Shown piece by piece: positions 25,556-42,169 of a DNA stretch of 64,000 nt. This stretch comes from the human T2T-CHM13v2.0 reference genome, Homo sapiens. Location: NCBI RefSeq assembly GCF_009914755.1, contig NC_060933.1; one strand, written 5' to 3'. Under the pieces are notes generated by a model. That model was given only the letters and a program-made list of their open reading frames with translations. It was not told the DNA's origin and searched no databases. Made by a program: the position numbers and the translations under genes. Positions within the stretch are counted from its first letter, which is position 1. Every line of letters starts with the position of its first letter.

Positions 25556-26652
25556 TAACAGAGTGAGAAGAAAAAACATAAAGTGCAAACATTAAATGCA
25601 TCAGAATATGTCTCACAATTTTAGTTTTCAAACATTTATAAAAACAAAGCAAAAAAAAAAAACCACTATATTTCCAAACAAACAAAAAAGCAGCTTTCTT
25701 ATTTTGCTATATACAGTTACTTGTTGTAATTTAGATACTTCTACAATTTCAATGTAAGCTAACTGGAAATTCAAGGAGTATTTTCATAGGCACTAAAACA
25801 AGGTTTAACTAATGAGGAAATTCCCAGTGTACTCAATAGTTTCTAGAAATCATGTGGAATTAGCATGTGAAAGAATGAGAGAACAGTGAGCAAGAAGATA
25901 GATATAAAATGGCTGCAATACACTCCTGCAATCCTAAACTGGTTGTGATTTAAAGACTGGATTTCCTTTGCCTACTGCTTGCCTTTCTTTTGCAGATTAA
26001 GGCTGCTTTTTAAGCTCATTTTGATATGTGCACATTTTTTGGAGTTCCGTGGAAAGTTATTTTACAATATTATTTATAGCTTTATTTAAAAAACATTTTT
26101 ATTTGTAAAACATTTTATTTCAAATTTATTTGAAAAACATTTGTTGGTTTTAGTAGAATGAAATGGGCATGTTTCTTTATTTATATCCATTGCTTTTTAA
26201 TGCTTCCCTTAGCAACTAATATATTCACCTTATATTGTGTTCTGCAGCTTTACAGTTCAAATGCATAGCCTTCTGTTACTTTCTTGGGGGAAAAAGCTCT
26301 CAAGATACGTAATGTTTATAATTTTGACAGTGTTGTCATTATTATAGTGATAAAGTAGAAAGCAACGAAAAGATCAGAAATCTTGGAATGTAATTTCAGA
26401 TGCATTTTATCATTGAAAAGGGTCATATGGATATAGCCCAAGGTATAAAACCAGTCTCCAGTATGGCAAGGCTAATATTTTCTGTTCCATATCTTCCTGG
26501 TTGTAGCAAGTTTTTTATTATACATGATGGCTCTAGAAATACTTCAGAACCATGAAAAACTCTAATAATAGTGATTTTATACATCTATATAGAATAATGT
26601 TACCAACTTTGCACCTTAAAAACAATAGTCTGTTATAAGTAATATGTAACTT

Positions 26653-26922
26653 AGCCAGGCTCGCGGCTCATGCCTGTCATCTCAACACTGGGAGGGGAGA
26701 TTTGTTTGAGCCCAGGAGTTCAAGACCATACTGGACAACAGGGCAAAACCCTGCCTCTACAGAAAAGACAAAGCTAGCCAGGTGTGGTCGCAAGCACCTG
26801 TAGTCTCAGCTACTCAGAAGGCTGAGGTGGGAGAATTGCTTGAGCCTGGGAGATGGAAGTGTGATTTTACCACTTCTCTCCAGCCTGGTGATAGAGTGAG
26901 ACTCTGTCTTAATAATAATAAT
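26653..26922 (+). mobile_element. AluJ (diverged, small deletions)
   Basis: TTGAGCCCAGGAGTTCAAGACC; (AAT)n tail; degenerate TSD TAATATGTAACT/TAATATATGACT. Confidence 0.9.
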
Positions 26923-27549
26923 ATATGACTCAATCTGAGAACTAGACCAAAATTATTAAAAATATATATTATATATTTTAATTTTAGATGCACAGGTGCA
27001 TGTGTTTTTGGTGACATCAGGTTGCTGACTAAAAGCGTAGCACATGTAGAGCTCTGGTTTTACTTTCAGCCTCTTACCAAGAAGCAGGACTGGTGCTTAC
27101 TCCTGGAAGCCTTCACAGAACCTATCACAATGAGGCCTTCCTGCCCCCCACCCTTTTGCTCTTTCCTCATATAGTACATAGTAACCCTTATAATCCCCCA
27201 GATTCACTAGCATAATATTTTTTCTATTTATCTTTCCAAAGATTATATAAAGATAGTCTGAATATTTTTCTTTTCTCTTAACAGAGCAGTTGCTTCCTAT
27301 GAGCCCAATATTTAACCTTTGGAAAAGCTGCGCTCACCAAGATGTAAAGGTTGAATTCCATTTCAATAAAAATGTGTGTGTATATGTGTGTTTTTTAAGA
27401 GCTATTCTGTGAAGCTGCACATGATCTAAAATAACTCTATAGAGCCCATTGGCATCTATCAAAAATGGGTTGTGTGTGTGTTTAATTAAATGGACACAGC
27501 TGCAGCATTATTAACATAAACATAAATGGCAAGTGCTTTTCCAACTTAC

Positions 27550-27690
27550 GCATTTATTCACTCATTCGTTATCACATTGAACAAATATTCATGGAGGGAA
27601 TCTACGGTCCTGGCATCAGGTTAGACAGCAGGGATATGGCAAAAACAAAGATTGACATAATCTCTGCCTCTAAGACTTTATATTCCCCTC
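27550..27690 (-). mobile_element. LINE-2 3' end
   Basis: CATTTATTCACTCATTC...AACAAATATTCATGGAG...TCTCTGCCTCTAAGACTTTATATTC. Confidence 0.7.
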
Positions 27691-28454
27691 TATGTATGCA
27701 GGTACAGCTAATGTATGCATCTTGTTATATGACATTTTAGGGGAGGGATATAAGAAAAAAAAAGAAGGAAGAGAAGGACTGGATATGTGTTAAAACTCTT
27801 TGTTCCACACTGAGAGCCATTGCTCTTAAATAAACCTCATGCCCTCCTTCTTCTTCTGTTCAGAAAAGTCAGTTTTTTTCACCCCAAGTCACTTTTAACA
27901 TCAAAACAATATAATAACTTTTTACGCTTATATAATAAAGCTACTTCTTGAAAATATTCAACTCTTTCTTTAAAACTTTCAGAAGTATTCAGGAAATATT
28001 TCTTGAGCACATACTATGTCTCAGTTATAGGAGAAAGACATCTGTTACTTTTCTTTTTCCTTTACTTGGTTTACAGGATTTTGCTTTACTATGAGTAAGT
28101 AACAGAGGAGAGACCTGCATTGAGAGGAATGGCATAGAACGAACAAGAACAGGGAGATTGTAGATGGGCTGAGAGTTGACTCATCTCATTCACTGCTACA
28201 CTCACAGTATTTTGAGGGAAGGTAGAGAAATATATATATTTTAGACAAAAAGTGTGTTAAAAGTTTTAGTTGGCCTGTAAGTTAATAACACAAAGACTAT
28301 GAGTAGTTTATTAATATTTAAAAATTATAATATTTTATGTAATAATCCAGATTTCCAGTTTATCTTGAACAGTGACTCATACTAGAAGCTACAGTCACTC
28401 AGCCTGCTTCATCCACTTAAATCATCTACTTCATTTCAATCAACTTATGTTTCC

Positions 28455-28626
28455 CTAAATTGCCAAATCAGAAGAGCCATCTAGGTTGTTGGCTAAAAAT
28501 GTAGGTTTCCAGCTCATCCTTTGGAAGCTCTAGTTCAATAAAACTGGGATGATGATATGGGACTCTGTATTTTAACAAATATCCTAAGTGATACATTTGT
28601 CACCAAAGTAGTTGGGAAAGTGCTGT
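28455..28626. mobile_element. MER5A-like hAT-Charlie element
   Basis: GGGACTCTGTATTTTAACAAATATCCTAAGTGAT...GTTGGGAAAGTGCTG. Confidence 0.65.
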
Positions 28627-28843
28627 TGTAGGCATTTCAGTTTGCAACCCCAAAATGATTAACAACATACTATTAACCTTCCATAAAGAGTCAATGATCT
28701 AAACACAGTATTAATTTATGGGAGTTTAACAAATGTGTAAGCAGAAAGTAAAATAGAGTAATCATATATGGTTTCTTATATGTAAGAATATATGGAGATA
28801 TATGCCCGTGTACCCATGATTATTAATGTACAGTGTCCTAGAT

Positions 28844-29371
28844 CAAGGCTCCCCAACCCCCGTGCCATGGACCACTACTGGTCTGTGGTCCATTAGGAAC
28901 AGGGGCTGCACAGCAGGAGGTGAGTGGTGGGCTAGTAAGTGTAGCTTCATCTGTATTTGCAGCCATTCCTCATGGCTTCCATTACTGCCTGAGCTCCGCC
29001 TCCTGTCAGACTAGTGGCGGCATTAAATTCTCACAGGAACATGACCCCTATTGTGAAATGTGCATGCGAGGGATCTAGGTTGTATTCTCCTATAAGAATC
29101 CCATTCCTGATGATCTGTCACTGTCTCCCATCACCCTCAGGTGGGACTGTCTAGTTGCAGGAAAACAAGCTCAGGGCTCTCACTGATTCTACATTATGGT
29201 GAATTGTATAATTATTTCATTATATATTACAATGTAATAATAATAGAAATAAAGTGCATAATAAATGTGATGTGCTTGAATCATCCCAAAACCATCCCGT
29301 GGCCCCTGGTTTGTGGAAAAATTGTCCTACACAAAACCGGTCCCTGGTGTCAAAAGTGTTGGGGACCACTG
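28844..29371 (+). mobile_element. MER1A (hAT-Charlie), full length
   Basis: TIRs CAAGGCTCCCCAACC / GTTGGGGACCACTG; 8-bp TSD TCCTAGAT/CCCTAGAT. Confidence 0.95.
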
Positions 29372-30119
29372 CCCTAGATTGATGTAACATTGTGCTTTAT
29401 GCATCATTATAGCATCCCTTGAAATATAACTTGAGTATTTTTGAACTAGGTCAGTCTCAAAAATGTATATATTGCTATTAAATTGACTAGAGTGGGGTCC
29501 AAGTACTCTCTAAAACAATAACAAAAACACACAGAAAAAGCAAGGTAAAACAAAATGGAACCTCCAAATATTATTGTTTTCAGACTGAGGCACAAGAAAC
29601 TATTATAAATATAAAAACTTACTTTAATACTAATATCAATAAACATTTCATCAGCTAGTGCTGGGAAATAGTTAGCAACCTGCACTCTGGGGTGTGAGGA
29701 CACCCCAATTGGTAGCATGTGTCAGTTTCTATAACATAGACACTGCTGTAGCTAACTTTAAATTTCCAATCTGATGTTACTAAACAAGAAGTTGAGAATG
29801 AGAAGAAATGTTCCCAATCAGCTCTGATGCTGGTACAATCTGGTTCCAGCAGACCACATGATTTAAGGACCAACAATTATGTTAGAGGTAGAAGTTAAAA
29901 GGAAAAATAACAGCCTTGTTTTCAAGTCCTTTATTATGTCACTGCAGTTTTGTATATTATATACACAAATCTCAATACAAATAAACATAGCCCTCTTTAG
30001 TGTCAAATGAGGCAATGAGAAAAGTAATGATAAACACTATCATTCACTCAACATTTACTTTCTTCTGGGCATTCTGTTAGTAACTAATACATGTATGCAT
30101 ACATAAGTAATAAATAATT

Positions 30120-30340
30120 GAATGGTGATTATGTGAAGGACACTATTCCTAGCACTTTACCATATTATTTCTATGATGTCAGTATGTAAGAATTTCCCTT
30201 TCATTCAAAAAAGGAAAACAAAGCCCAGCAAAAAAGTCTGCAACCTGTCCAGTGTCTCACAATTGCTAAGTATGAGTATAAACCTAAACCCAGGTAACTA
30301 TACTTCTGAGCTAACATTTTATAACCATTAGTCTCACTGT
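30120..30340 (-). mobile_element. MIR
   Basis: GGACACTATTCCTAGCACTTTAC...AACCTGTCCAGTGTCTCACAATTGCTAAGT...TAAACCCAGG. Confidence 0.6.
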
Positions 30341-31739
30341 TCTATGGGTCTAGACAATAAGTGATATCAGAAGTCAGAAAAGGAAATAAATACTTAGGCA
30401 CAATGGTCAAAGGTGTCTTCATGCTTAAGAAGCTAATGAATTCAGCATGTCTTCAGAGTTGGTAATCAGTAATTAATGATGCTAATGTCCCACCATGAAA
30501 TCAGGATAAGAAATTGCTTTATAACGTCTATACCATTAAAAGCAATCTACTAAAAATCGATTAACTGTGAAAAAATAAAGATACTAACCTAGTAGACTGA
30601 TATAAATTTATGTAGAAATTAATACTTAATATGTTATATAAATTCACACAATACAGTGACGATGGTCCCTTTAGAGCTTTATTATAACAAAGTTATTTTT
30701 TCCAAATAAAAGTAGGAAAAAATATTCCATTGTTTTTAAAACTGGATTCATTGCAAAAGCATTGGATTATTATTTTCAAAACAAGTGCACGTTTCTCTAT
30801 TTTTTCCTGGTATTTAGTATTGCAAGGATGTCTATCAGAAGTCTGATTTTTTCCCTTTCCCTATTTTTAAAGTCTTTCTTCTTTCCTGTCTAGAGGCTGG
30901 GAACTTTCTTTATACCTTTAATTAGAAATATGTCTGTAGAGTATGGACTCTAACAAGGTGTGAATCACTTTTTATGGATTTTCCTGTGAATTCATTGGGT
31001 ATATTAAATCTGCATTCTGTATTTTTCTATTGATTGTTTTCTAGTAGTTTTGGTCTCATCATAGATATAGAAAGAAAGGTGTGAATAGGATGAGAGGTAA
31101 TAGGCAGCATTGTGTCCCTTCACCAAATCAAGCAGCCACGTAATAGAGTGCCTATAGCTCCCATTTGGTATTGATTCCAAGCTTGCATTTCCTGAACAGA
31201 GAGAGTTTCCTGGGGTAGAGATCTAAGTGACTTTCTGCTTACTCTGGTGCAGGTCGTCCTCTCTGTTCTGGCATAAACAGTATACTGTTTGATCTTTGTA
31301 AACTTATTCTATCAGTTTTATAAATAGATAACATTTTGTCCAGATTCTAGAATTTGTCTTAGTATTTCTATAGTTTTCTCTGTTTTATATATGCCTTTAT
31401 AGTTATTTTAGTGAGAAGTTGAGAAAGTCAGTGCCAATAGTTTTAAGATAGTTATAATTTTTAAAATCTGTCCAAAGAGCTCTTAAACCATTTGGTTCTG
31501 TCGAGCTATTTCTAAGATACTAGCTTTATTCCAAGGTTATTGTCACCTACACCTGCTAGAATTATTTCTTTAGTGTGAACCTGATTTAGTCGCACGGGCC
31601 AGGAGTTGCCTAAGAATACCTGGTATTTTAAATAGCCATAACCAATGGATCTCCATCTTAGTTCACCATATCCGATAAAAAGGAAATTTGTAAACAATAG
31701 CTGTACACTAAATAAACACAATTCTAAAAGTAAGGGATT

Positions 31740-31870
31740 ATAGTTACCTCTGTATTAAAGATGAGAATGCTGATGCTTTGGTAGTTTATATGACTTGCCT
31801 CGTAAACTATGAGACACAAAGTTGAACTTAGAACCCAATTTTGTGTGGCTTCAAGGCCTAAACTCTAATT
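31740..31870 (-). mobile_element. MIR fragment
   Basis: AGATGAGAATGCTGA...TGACTTGCC...AGAACCCAATTTTGTGTGGCTTCAAGGCC. Confidence 0.55.
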
Positions 31871-33489
31871 TGCATATGAAAGTGATGAGTTTGTATCAAT
31901 ACTAAACACCAAAATATTAAAAAGTCACAGTAGAATGAATATTTGTATATTGTTTTGGCTATTTATAAAACAGAACTGGTCTAGAAAGTCTCATAATATT
32001 CAACTATATCAATAACAGATTAAAAATTCCTTGGGAGAAAATTTAAACTGTTTTGACAATACAGGTTATTTTTTAGTTTGGTTTTAGGGATCTATGACTA
32101 TTTTTTATGAGCCATTTATTTCATAAAATATAATCAGAAGAAAGAAATGTTAGAGCTCAAATTCTACTAAAAATTGCAAAATACGCAAATGTCAGCCTCA
32201 ATTTGTGCAACATCCTTTGCATATTATTAGAGATAATATTCATGGGAAATATAAATATACCATAATAATGTAGATTTTTTCTGTTTAGCAATCAGACATA
32301 TGAGATATGTCATTTCTTATGACAGAGAAATCTAATTTCACAGCCAGTTTGAAAATCCTGCTGTTTCACCAGAGCTTACAGAGATACGAGAATGAGTGGA
32401 GTAAACCCTTATTGTAGAACAACTATGAAATCTGTAATTTCAAGATCCTACATAGGAAACATATTGCTATCGTTATTTTTTTTAAATGAATGGAGTTTCT
32501 ATGGTGCTGAATTTTCTAAAACTTGTAAGATACTATAGTTGATCTTACATATATGCAGTGGTTAATTCCTTTTGCCACAGAGGATCATAAAATCACTCAG
32601 GATTAAAACATATTTATTCAGTACATGGCTTCAAACAGATAAAAGAAAAATTGGGTGGAAGAGGTAGATATGAGCTGAATTACACTGACGTTTTAAGAAA
32701 CTTGGAAATTAAAACTGCAACCTTTTATATTCAAAAATTGGGAGTTTGAAACATTTTCTTAAATTTATTTATTCTGAACAAACAAAATTTTGCAGTAAGT
32801 AGGGTTGTTTTCTTAAAGGTACAAAAGACAATTGTCCTCAAATTCTACAAAATAAGAATTAAAAAATATGGATCTTTGATATTTTGCTTTTTACTGACTT
32901 GAAAGTGGGCATTTAATGTATAAAACTAGGAAATTGACATGTTTGAATGGTCAGTTTTTATATTTATCTACTAGCTTGAAAATCATGTTAATTACATTCC
33001 TAATGGACCTAACTTAAATATTTGTGATGTAGTAAAGATAACACAGTGCAAGGGTGTGTAATATTCGGCATTTTATAGATACTCAAACTGATAAGTATTT
33101 AAAATACAAAAGCATAATCTAATTTCTAACAAGGTTGACATGGATAGCTACTTCTTAAAACTCAGAACTTAAAAGGAAGTATTTATAATGCTAAAAGCCT
33201 ATGAAACTTAGGTTTAAAGTACCTTTAAAAACACTAAACATATTCTCTGTTTTTTATTCATTTGTCAGTACAAATATCAGTAAATAGTCAAAATGTAACC
33301 TTAGTTTATGAGAGAGGTGTCTCCAATGTGACTTGACTAAAATTATTTTAGGTGTAATACCAGCAATTGTGTTTAAGGTTAAGGTTTCTAAGACATATAC
33401 CCATGATACAGAAATTAAAGAAGTACAACAAGTAACCAAAGACATTATATGAAATATCATTTCTACATATAAAGTGATAAAAAAATAGT

Positions 33490-37020
<3,531 letters not shown>

Positions 37021-37029
37021 CAATACAAG

Positions 37030-37455
37030 ACATAACCATCTTATTGTGTGTGTATGCAACAACAGAGCTTAAATAAATAAAGCAAAACCTGCCGAAACAG
37101 GAAGGATATATAAACATATTCACAATTACAATGGAAGATTTCAGGACACTTCTCTGATAAAAATATAGACAGAAAAATACGTGAGGATATAGAAAACTTG
37201 ATCACTCGCAAACTAATGGGCCTAGTTCACATTAATAGAACATTCCACAAAACATCAGTAGAATACAAGGTGCTTTACAAATGCACAGTGATGGAATATT
37301 TACCTAAACATACGAGTAAATTTACATGGAGAAACAGTATGCCTATAACCACAAATAAATTATCTTAGAAAACAGTTTTATAAAAACATATAGAAAATTT
37401 ACAAATATTTAAAGACAAAATAATTCAGGTCTACATAACCAATGGGCTAAAGATA
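37030..37455 (+). mobile_element. Old L1M endonuclease-region fragment
   Basis: AACAACAGAGCTT...GGAAGATTTC...AGGATATAGAAAACTTGA...TAGAACATTCCAC. Confidence 0.7.
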
Positions 37456-37966
37456 TGTTAGAAACTATTTAGAACTACAGGTAAGGGGAACGAGGGCATG
37501 GAATGAAGAAGTGTGCGCTGATTTGTCTGTGGATAGCCTTGGTAAAAGAACCATTCAGAAAAAGGCATGAGAGTATAGAGGACCAGTGAGGGGCTGAAGT
37601 GAAAACTTGGCCCAAGGACCTTGGCCCAGGACCAAACAGGGGCTGAACTGAAGGCTTCGCCCAAGATCTTGGCTCAGGACCAATTTAGGGCTGAAATGAA
37701 ACCTTGGCCTGAGACTTTGGCCTGGGACCAGTCGGGAGGAAGCACATGAAATGAGACAAAGGAGTGCCAAGGAGAGAGAAATGTGTCCAAACAAGGAGTG
37801 GAATTTGTACATCTGGGTCCACAGAGTAGGCATTTCCATTCAAGAACACAGGCTCTTTCTTATCTGGGGCCTGCATCTCTATTTTCAGGTTGTTGGTTTG
37901 AAGGAGTTTTACCGAGGACCCACCCTAACTGCCTGGATGACTGGTTTCTTTCTTTCTCCTCTCTCA
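37456..37966 (-). mobile_element. ERV1 LTR, MER83/MER84/LTR29 group
   Basis: Minus strand begins TGAGAGAGGAGAAAGAAAGAAACCAGTC...GGCAGTTAGGGTGGGTCCTCGGTAAAACTCC; internal ~48-bp tandem repeat. Confidence 0.7.
37580..37733. repeat. ~48-bp diverged tandem repeat x3.2 inside the LTR
   Basis: Units start GGACCA at 37580, 37629, 37677, 37725; the three full units carry GGGCTGAA.TGAA. Confidence 0.9.
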
Positions 37967-37969
37967 TTT

Positions 37970-38555
37970 TCTGCTGTTGTTAGATAGTCTAGAGATGTCA
38001 ATTACATCTAGTTCACTGATGGTATTGTTGAATCGAAGTATGTCCTTCCTAATTTTCTGCCCACTAGATTTGTCCATTTCTGATGGACAGATGTTGAAAT
38101 CTTAAATTATAGTAGTGGATTCAGCTGTTTTTTATTGCAGTTCTGAAGGTTTTTGCCTTATGTATTTTGACACTCTGTTATTAGGCACAGACATGTTAAG
38201 AATTATCATGTCTTCTTATAGAATTGATCCCTTTATCATTATGTAATGTCCCTCTTTATCCCTGACAATTTTTCTTCCTTCAAAGTCTGCATTGTCTAAA
38301 ATTGCTATAGCTACTGTCACTTTATTTTGATTATTAGCATGAAATATCTTTCTCCATCCATTGACTTTTAATCTATATGTACCCTCAAAGTAGTTTTTCT
38401 TATAAACACCATGTATTTGGGTCTTTTTTTAATCCATTTTAATAATCTCTGTCTTTTAACTGGTCTACTTGTGGACTATTGACATTAAATTGATTATTGA
38501 TATAATTGGATTAATATCTACAATATTTGTTGCTGTTTACTATTTGTTGATATTC
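37970..38555 (-). mobile_element. Old L1M endonuclease-region fragment
   Basis: GAATTGATCCCTTTATCATTATGTAATGTCCCTCTTTATCCCTG and flanking antisense L1 EN homology. Confidence 0.85.
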
Positions 38556-40071
38556 TTTTTGGTTTAAAGATAATTAATATTACTATATTGATAAAACAGA
38601 TCTAAAGCATATGAACAAAGTGGAACAGATACTTCAGGACAGGAAGAGTCCACAGGTTTTATTCAGGTTGCAGTGATGCTGCAATTGTTTCTTAGGCTGG
38701 CTTGAGTCCTCTGCCTTAGGAGCTTTTCTAACCACATACTCAACCATACTGTAAACCTTTCTTCCAAGCCCAACTTTATTAAGACTGTCCTCACAGGAAG
38801 AATTTCAAAATTAGTATGGAAACATTTCCCAGAAATTTTTTGATCATAGGCATAATGTTTAGTATAGCACATTTGTACAAAATGCTCCAGTTTATCAGTC
38901 TTGGTTTTTTGTATTCTACTCCAAATCTTCTTCAATTACATTGACTTCTTGCATTGTAACAACAGTTTACTTGTTTGTGTTTTACTTAAATCCTTTTTCC
39001 TAGGGCCAACTGCAGCCTATTCATGTCTAATTGGTTTGGATCTCTTAATGTCAAACTAAATTTCTTATTTTTACTTTAATTTTTGCCTTCCGTCTTTACT
39101 TCTGCTTTGGAACATCTAAACTAGGAAAATGTCCTTTCTTAAATACTTACCATCAATGCCTCTCGCCATCTATGAACTGCTAGGACACTGGATAAATAAA
39201 TACCAGTCTCATTACTGGAATGCCTCACCTGGAAGTTATGCATAATGTACCCTGGATATTTAAATTATTAATATTAATTTTAGTACATAGAAATGAGCAT
39301 ATGAATAATGAGAAAATTACAAAGCTGGAGAAAGTAGTTTATTCAAATCCAAGGCCATTTATAATGAGCAAAGGGTATGAAGAAAACATATTAATTTTAA
39401 TAGTTTTTTTACTTCCAGGAATAAAATTAAATAAGGAGGTCAGTGAGACACTTGTAATTACAACAAACATTCAGCTTCAGGAAAAGTGTACACTGAAGTG
39501 AAATTAATGGCTCTGTAAGGATTTTAGACTGCTAAAATGGGCGATTAACAAAAGGCTTGCAAATATACTTCCTTCTTCTATTTGAAAGTTTAAAAACAAA
39601 TAGCAAAACACTTAAGTACTGGTACTAACAATTTAAAATTACTTTATATTTTAGTAAATATTACAAAGTAAAATTCCCAAGATTTTTTCTTGCAGCTAAA
39701 TTTAAGCACTAATATGAGTGAATAATCTAATATTTGAAAATTACATGCATTCGAGGTAATTTTGCAATGTATAAGCATGAGTTCATCTAGATGTATCAAA
39801 TTTTTAAAACTTACAAAATTGTTGGATTAAATATGTAAGAACAAAAGGTACATGGAAGTGTCATAAATAGAAATCCATTTAATAACATGTATCAGTGGAA
39901 AAGAAAACACAGCTGAATAACAACTAACCAAATAAAGGGCACTGGTCTAAATATTTCTAAAAATAAAAAATAAAATGAGTTCTGAGGGTTCTTAGTGCCC
40001 AACACACAGTCCCTTATGAAAACTAAAATACAAAAAATCAGCTCAAGTTTAAGTTGAATCAAATAAGCAGG

Positions 40072-40077
40072 GTTTTG

Positions 40078-40108
<31 letters not shown>
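40072..40108. repeat. (GTTTT)n microsatellite
   Basis: About 7 units. Confidence 0.95.
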
Positions 40109-40469
40109 CACTAACCCACCTGATGGGCAACACAGAACATGTTAATTACCCAGTCAAGAATTTTATTTTCTTCCAGGAAATAAATTTATATTTGGTTATC
40201 CACGTTATGGTAGCTTAGGTATTTGTTGTACCATTTCATTCAGACACACACATATTAGCCTCACTCTACACAAAACCTGAGGCTACAGTACTAACAGGTC
40301 CAAGTTGGAAACCCAATCTTAAGCTAAAAGTATACTAGAAATCTGGCCTGTGCTCTTACCATAAATACTGCCATTCCAATTAGGGATAACAATGAGAGGC
40401 CTCCACAAAATATGTTTTGTTGCCTGCATTTTTTTCCTTAGAAATACCAAAAAAACCCCAGGATGACTT

Positions 40470-40893
40470 TGTGTTGGGTGAGTTGTGTCCAGAAACATAT
40501 ATTGAAATCCTAACCCTCAGCACTTGGGAACGTGATCTTATTTGGAAATCAGGTCTTTGCAGAAGCAATCAAGTTAAGATGAGGTCATACTAGATTAATG
40601 TGGGCCCCAAATCCAGTGATCCTTATAAAAAGAGAGAAACATAGAGACACAGACATACAAAGGGAAGACAACCACATGAAGACAAAGGCAGCTATAAGCC
40701 AAGGAATGCAGCGATTACCACCAACACCAAAAGCTAGGAAGAGTAAAGAAAGGATTTTTCCAAGAAACTTCAGAGAAACAAGAACCTGCTGACAGCTTGA
40801 TTTTGGACTTATGGCCTCCAGAAAAATAAATATCTTGTTTTAAGACATCCTATTTGTAGTAATTTATTATGGCAGCCCAAAGAAACTAATAAA
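40470..40893 (+). mobile_element. MLT1 (MLT1B/C-like) MaLR LTR
   Basis: CTTATTTGGAAATCAGGTCTTTGCAGA...TTAAGATGAGGTCATAC...AAGCCAAGGAATGC...GGCCTCCAGAA...ATGGCAGCCC. Confidence 0.9.
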
Positions 40894-41019
40894 GTTTCAC
40901 TTTACTACACTTGGAAAAGACGTCTTTGTACTTCTTTGTATTTTCACAGAAAATATGATTAGGTCAGAACTTTACTGGTCTTTTGAAGTGAGAAAGATGA
41001 TACATCATTTTCTTGCACG

Positions 41020-41215
41020 TTTAATGTAGTGGAAAGCTTGTGGGACCAGGAATTTGACAACCTACATTTGATAAATCTGAGTTTGAGTGACAACTTGGGC
41101 ACTTTGTAATTTTTTTACCTTTGACATCATTAGGTTTCAGTTTCTTTACATACGAGATTGAATTAATAAAGTTTAGGTTATAGAACTGTAACCATTATTT
41201 GGGATAATATAAGCT
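41020..41215 (+). mobile_element. MIR
   Basis: ATGTAGTGGAAAG...GTGACAACTTGGGCA...TTTCAGTTTCTTTACATACGAGATTG. Confidence 0.55.
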
Positions 41216-42169
41216 GCATAACTGGTTCTTCTCTCTTACCTTGTTTTGCCTTGAATCAGTTACCTTCTCTATTAAAGCATACAGCTTTCCAGATAAGTAT
41301 ACTGGAGATTAATGGCAATGAGGCAGAATTCAATGTTGATTTACAGGATAGAATAGATTGGCAAAATCATTTCACCTTTGCTTTCTTGTTCCCTAGGCTC
41401 TGCTCTAGTTCAATTTAAAGTTCAATTGAGGAGTCTTGTTCTTATCTTTAATTATTGAGGGAAAACGTATCCCTTAATTACTTTAACAATTTATTCTCAT
41501 TTAGCCTTTTTATAGCCTTTGGGTAAAAGTACAAGAACCAATATTTCTCTAAATTCTAAAAAGAATATATAAGTTAAAAAATGGCAGTACTTTTCACTTA
41601 ATGTAAAACATACATTATAAAAATTTCAATTATGTCAATATTTTGAAAAGTCTCAAAAATGGCTAAGAATTGAAAAAAATGCCTAAAAACATATAGTTGT
41701 TAATATATATTCATTTTAATCTAAATTTTTTGTCTAATTTAATTTCATATAGAAATTCTTTCTTTGACAGAAATGCTGTTAAATGTAGCTAATATAAGTA
41801 CCACAGACTAATTTTATGTGAGCATGTGTATGCAGATATAGGTATGTATGTTTTCCCCAGAGGAATTTGAGAAATTTCTACTCATGCTTTTCCTGTCTTA
41901 ACTATTACAGTTAAAGTAAGTAGAGCAGATTTAAGTAACAGTAATGCATGATTGGGAATGTTTCACAATTAGTTATTTATTAAAGCAAGAAGAAATGAAA
42001 GGAAAGCTTTGAGAGCAGATAAAATAATATAGTCCATGTATAAAAAGGTATTTTCACACTTCAAACACTGATTTTATAGTATTCATAGAAAATATGTATA
42101 AAATAATTTTAATAAATTTATTTAATACTGATTATGGGTGTTACATTAATATACCAGTAATAATAATCA

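Noticed and set aside
37580-37733. CRISPR-like repeat array
   Set aside because: Head-to-tail diverged units with no unique spacers, inside a primate LTR, and no cas genes
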